The position numbers were made by a program, and so were the translations under genes. From Nitrospirota bacterium (GTDB lineage: Bacteria; Nitrospirota; UBA9217), in the NCBI GenBank assembly GCA_963818475.1, contig CAWFSF010000001.1, forward strand, positions 128,001-192,000: a stretch of DNA of 64,000 bases, read 5' to 3'. Numbering within the stretch: the first letter of the stretch is position 1; each line of letters begins with the position of its first letter. The notes under the pieces were generated by a model. The model was given only the letters and a program-made list of their open reading frames with translations, made no database searches and was not told the DNA's origin. Shown piece by piece: positions 62,914-64,000 of the stretch.

Positions 62914-64000
62914 TTATGCGATAACTTCGGTAATAACTCCGGCACCCACGGTCCTGCCGCCTTCGCGGATGGCGAACCGGAGACCCTTATCCATGGCGAT
63001 CGGCCCGATGAGTTCCACACTGCAGGTCATGTTGTCGCCCGGCATCACCATCTCCACGCCTTCTGCAAGCGTCACCACTCCGGTCACGTCCGTGGTCCGG
63101 AAGTAGAACTGCGGACGGTAGCCCTTGAAGAACGGAGTGTGCCGGCCGCCTTCTTCTTTGGTGAGGATGTAGGCCTCGGCCTTGAACTTGGTGTGGGGGG
63201 TGATGCTCCCGGGCTTGGCAAGCACCATGCCGCGCTCAACATCTTCCTTCTTGATGCCGCGGAGAAGGACTCCGACGTTGTCGCCGGCTTCGCCCTGGTC
63301 CAGAAGCTTCCGGAACATCTCGACACCCGTTACCACCGTCTTCTGCGTGGGCTTGATTCCCACGATCTCGATGTCTTCACCCACCTTCACGATTCCGCGC
63401 TCGATCCTGCCTGTAACCACGGTGCCGCGACCGGCGATGGAGAACACGTCTTCCACCGGCATAAGATAGGGTTTGTCGATCTCCCGCTTGGGCTGGGGGA
63501 TGTAGCTGTCAACGGCATCCATAAGCTCAAGAATGCTCTTGTACTCCGGCGCGTTGACGTCCTTGCTCTCGCTCTGGAGCGCTTTCAGGGCGCTGCCTTT
63601 TACGATCGGGGTCTTGTCACCCGGGAACTGGTACTTGGACAGGAGCTCCCGGATCTCGAGTTCCACGAGCTCGATGAGCTCGGGGTCGTCGACCATGTCC
63701 ACCTTGTTCATGTACACGACGATGTAGGGAACGCCGACCTGACGGGCGAGCAGGATATGCTCACGGGTCTGGGGCATGGGGCCGTCTGCGGCGGAAACCA
63801 CGAGAATGGCGCCGTCCATCTGGGCCGCACCCGTGATCATGTTCTTTACATAGTCGGCATGGCCCGGGCAGTCCACATGGGCGTAGTGACGGTTTTCCGT
63901 CTGGTATTCCACGTGCGCCGTGGCGATCGTGATACCGCGCTCACGTTCTTCCGGGGCCTTGTCGATGTTGTCGTAGGAAACAAAGCTCGCGAAGTTCTTG
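62914..64000 (-). CDS. tuf: Elongation factor Tu (second copy; 5' end beyond the window)
   Basis: Near-identical to 46452-47652; the frame is open to the window edge. Confidence 0.97.
   Translation of the reverse strand, partial: KNFASFVSYDNIDKAPEERERGITIATAHVEYQTENRHYAHVDCPGHADYVKNMITGAAQMDGAILVVSAADGPMPQTREHILLARQVGVPYIVVYMNKVDMVDDPELIELVELEIRELLSKYQFPGDKTPIVKGSALKALQSESKDVNAPEYKSILELMDAVDSYIPQPKREIDKPYLMPVEDVFSIAGRGTVVTGRIERGIVKVGEDIEIVGIKPTQKTVVTGVEMFRKLLDQGEAGDNVGVLLRGIKKEDVERGMVLAKPGSITPHTKFKAEAYILTKEEGGRHTPFFKGYRPQFYFRTTDVTGVVTLAEGVEMVMPGDNMTCSVELIGPIAMDKGLRFAIREGGRTVGAGVITEVIA

Overview
Core-genome region of a roughly 55-60% GC bacterium, probably an anaerobe. Gene content and protein style suggest Nitrospirota or a Desulfobacterota-like lineage; this is inference and untested. 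Bases 31.3-64 kb hold the tuf-rpmG-tRNA(Trp)-secE-nusG-rplKAJL-rpoBC-str-S10-spc-alpha ribosomal superoperon on the minus strand. It lacks adk, has two near-identical tuf copies, an L5 with a Lys/Ala-rich N-terminal extension, and an L7/L12 with an alphaproteobacterial-style N-terminus. Bases 22-31.2 kb hold a six-gene signalling operon: a HAMP-GAF kinase, an orphan PhnD-like binding lipoprotein, a kinase with a periplasmic CXXCH heme-c motif, a REC-GAF-HD-GYP phosphodiesterase, a kinase with a four-Cys PAS domain, and a sigma-54 activator. This operon is the best candidate for an undescribed system. Bases 0-22 kb carry housekeeping genes (folA, pepA, rlpA, a likely CC-adding enzyme, aroCKB, mqnBD, a moaD-moaE fusion, ccdA with a Cys-rich MerR, fchA with a probably monofunctional folD), a FitAB/VapBC toxin-antitoxin islet, and two convergent outer-membrane barrel genes whose long leaders share a motif. 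Intergenic 7-mer and 9-mer periodic repeats and MITE-like elements recur. Seven single-base insertions break conserved genes (folA, pepA x2, folD, fusA x2, tuf) and are most likely sequencing or assembly errors.
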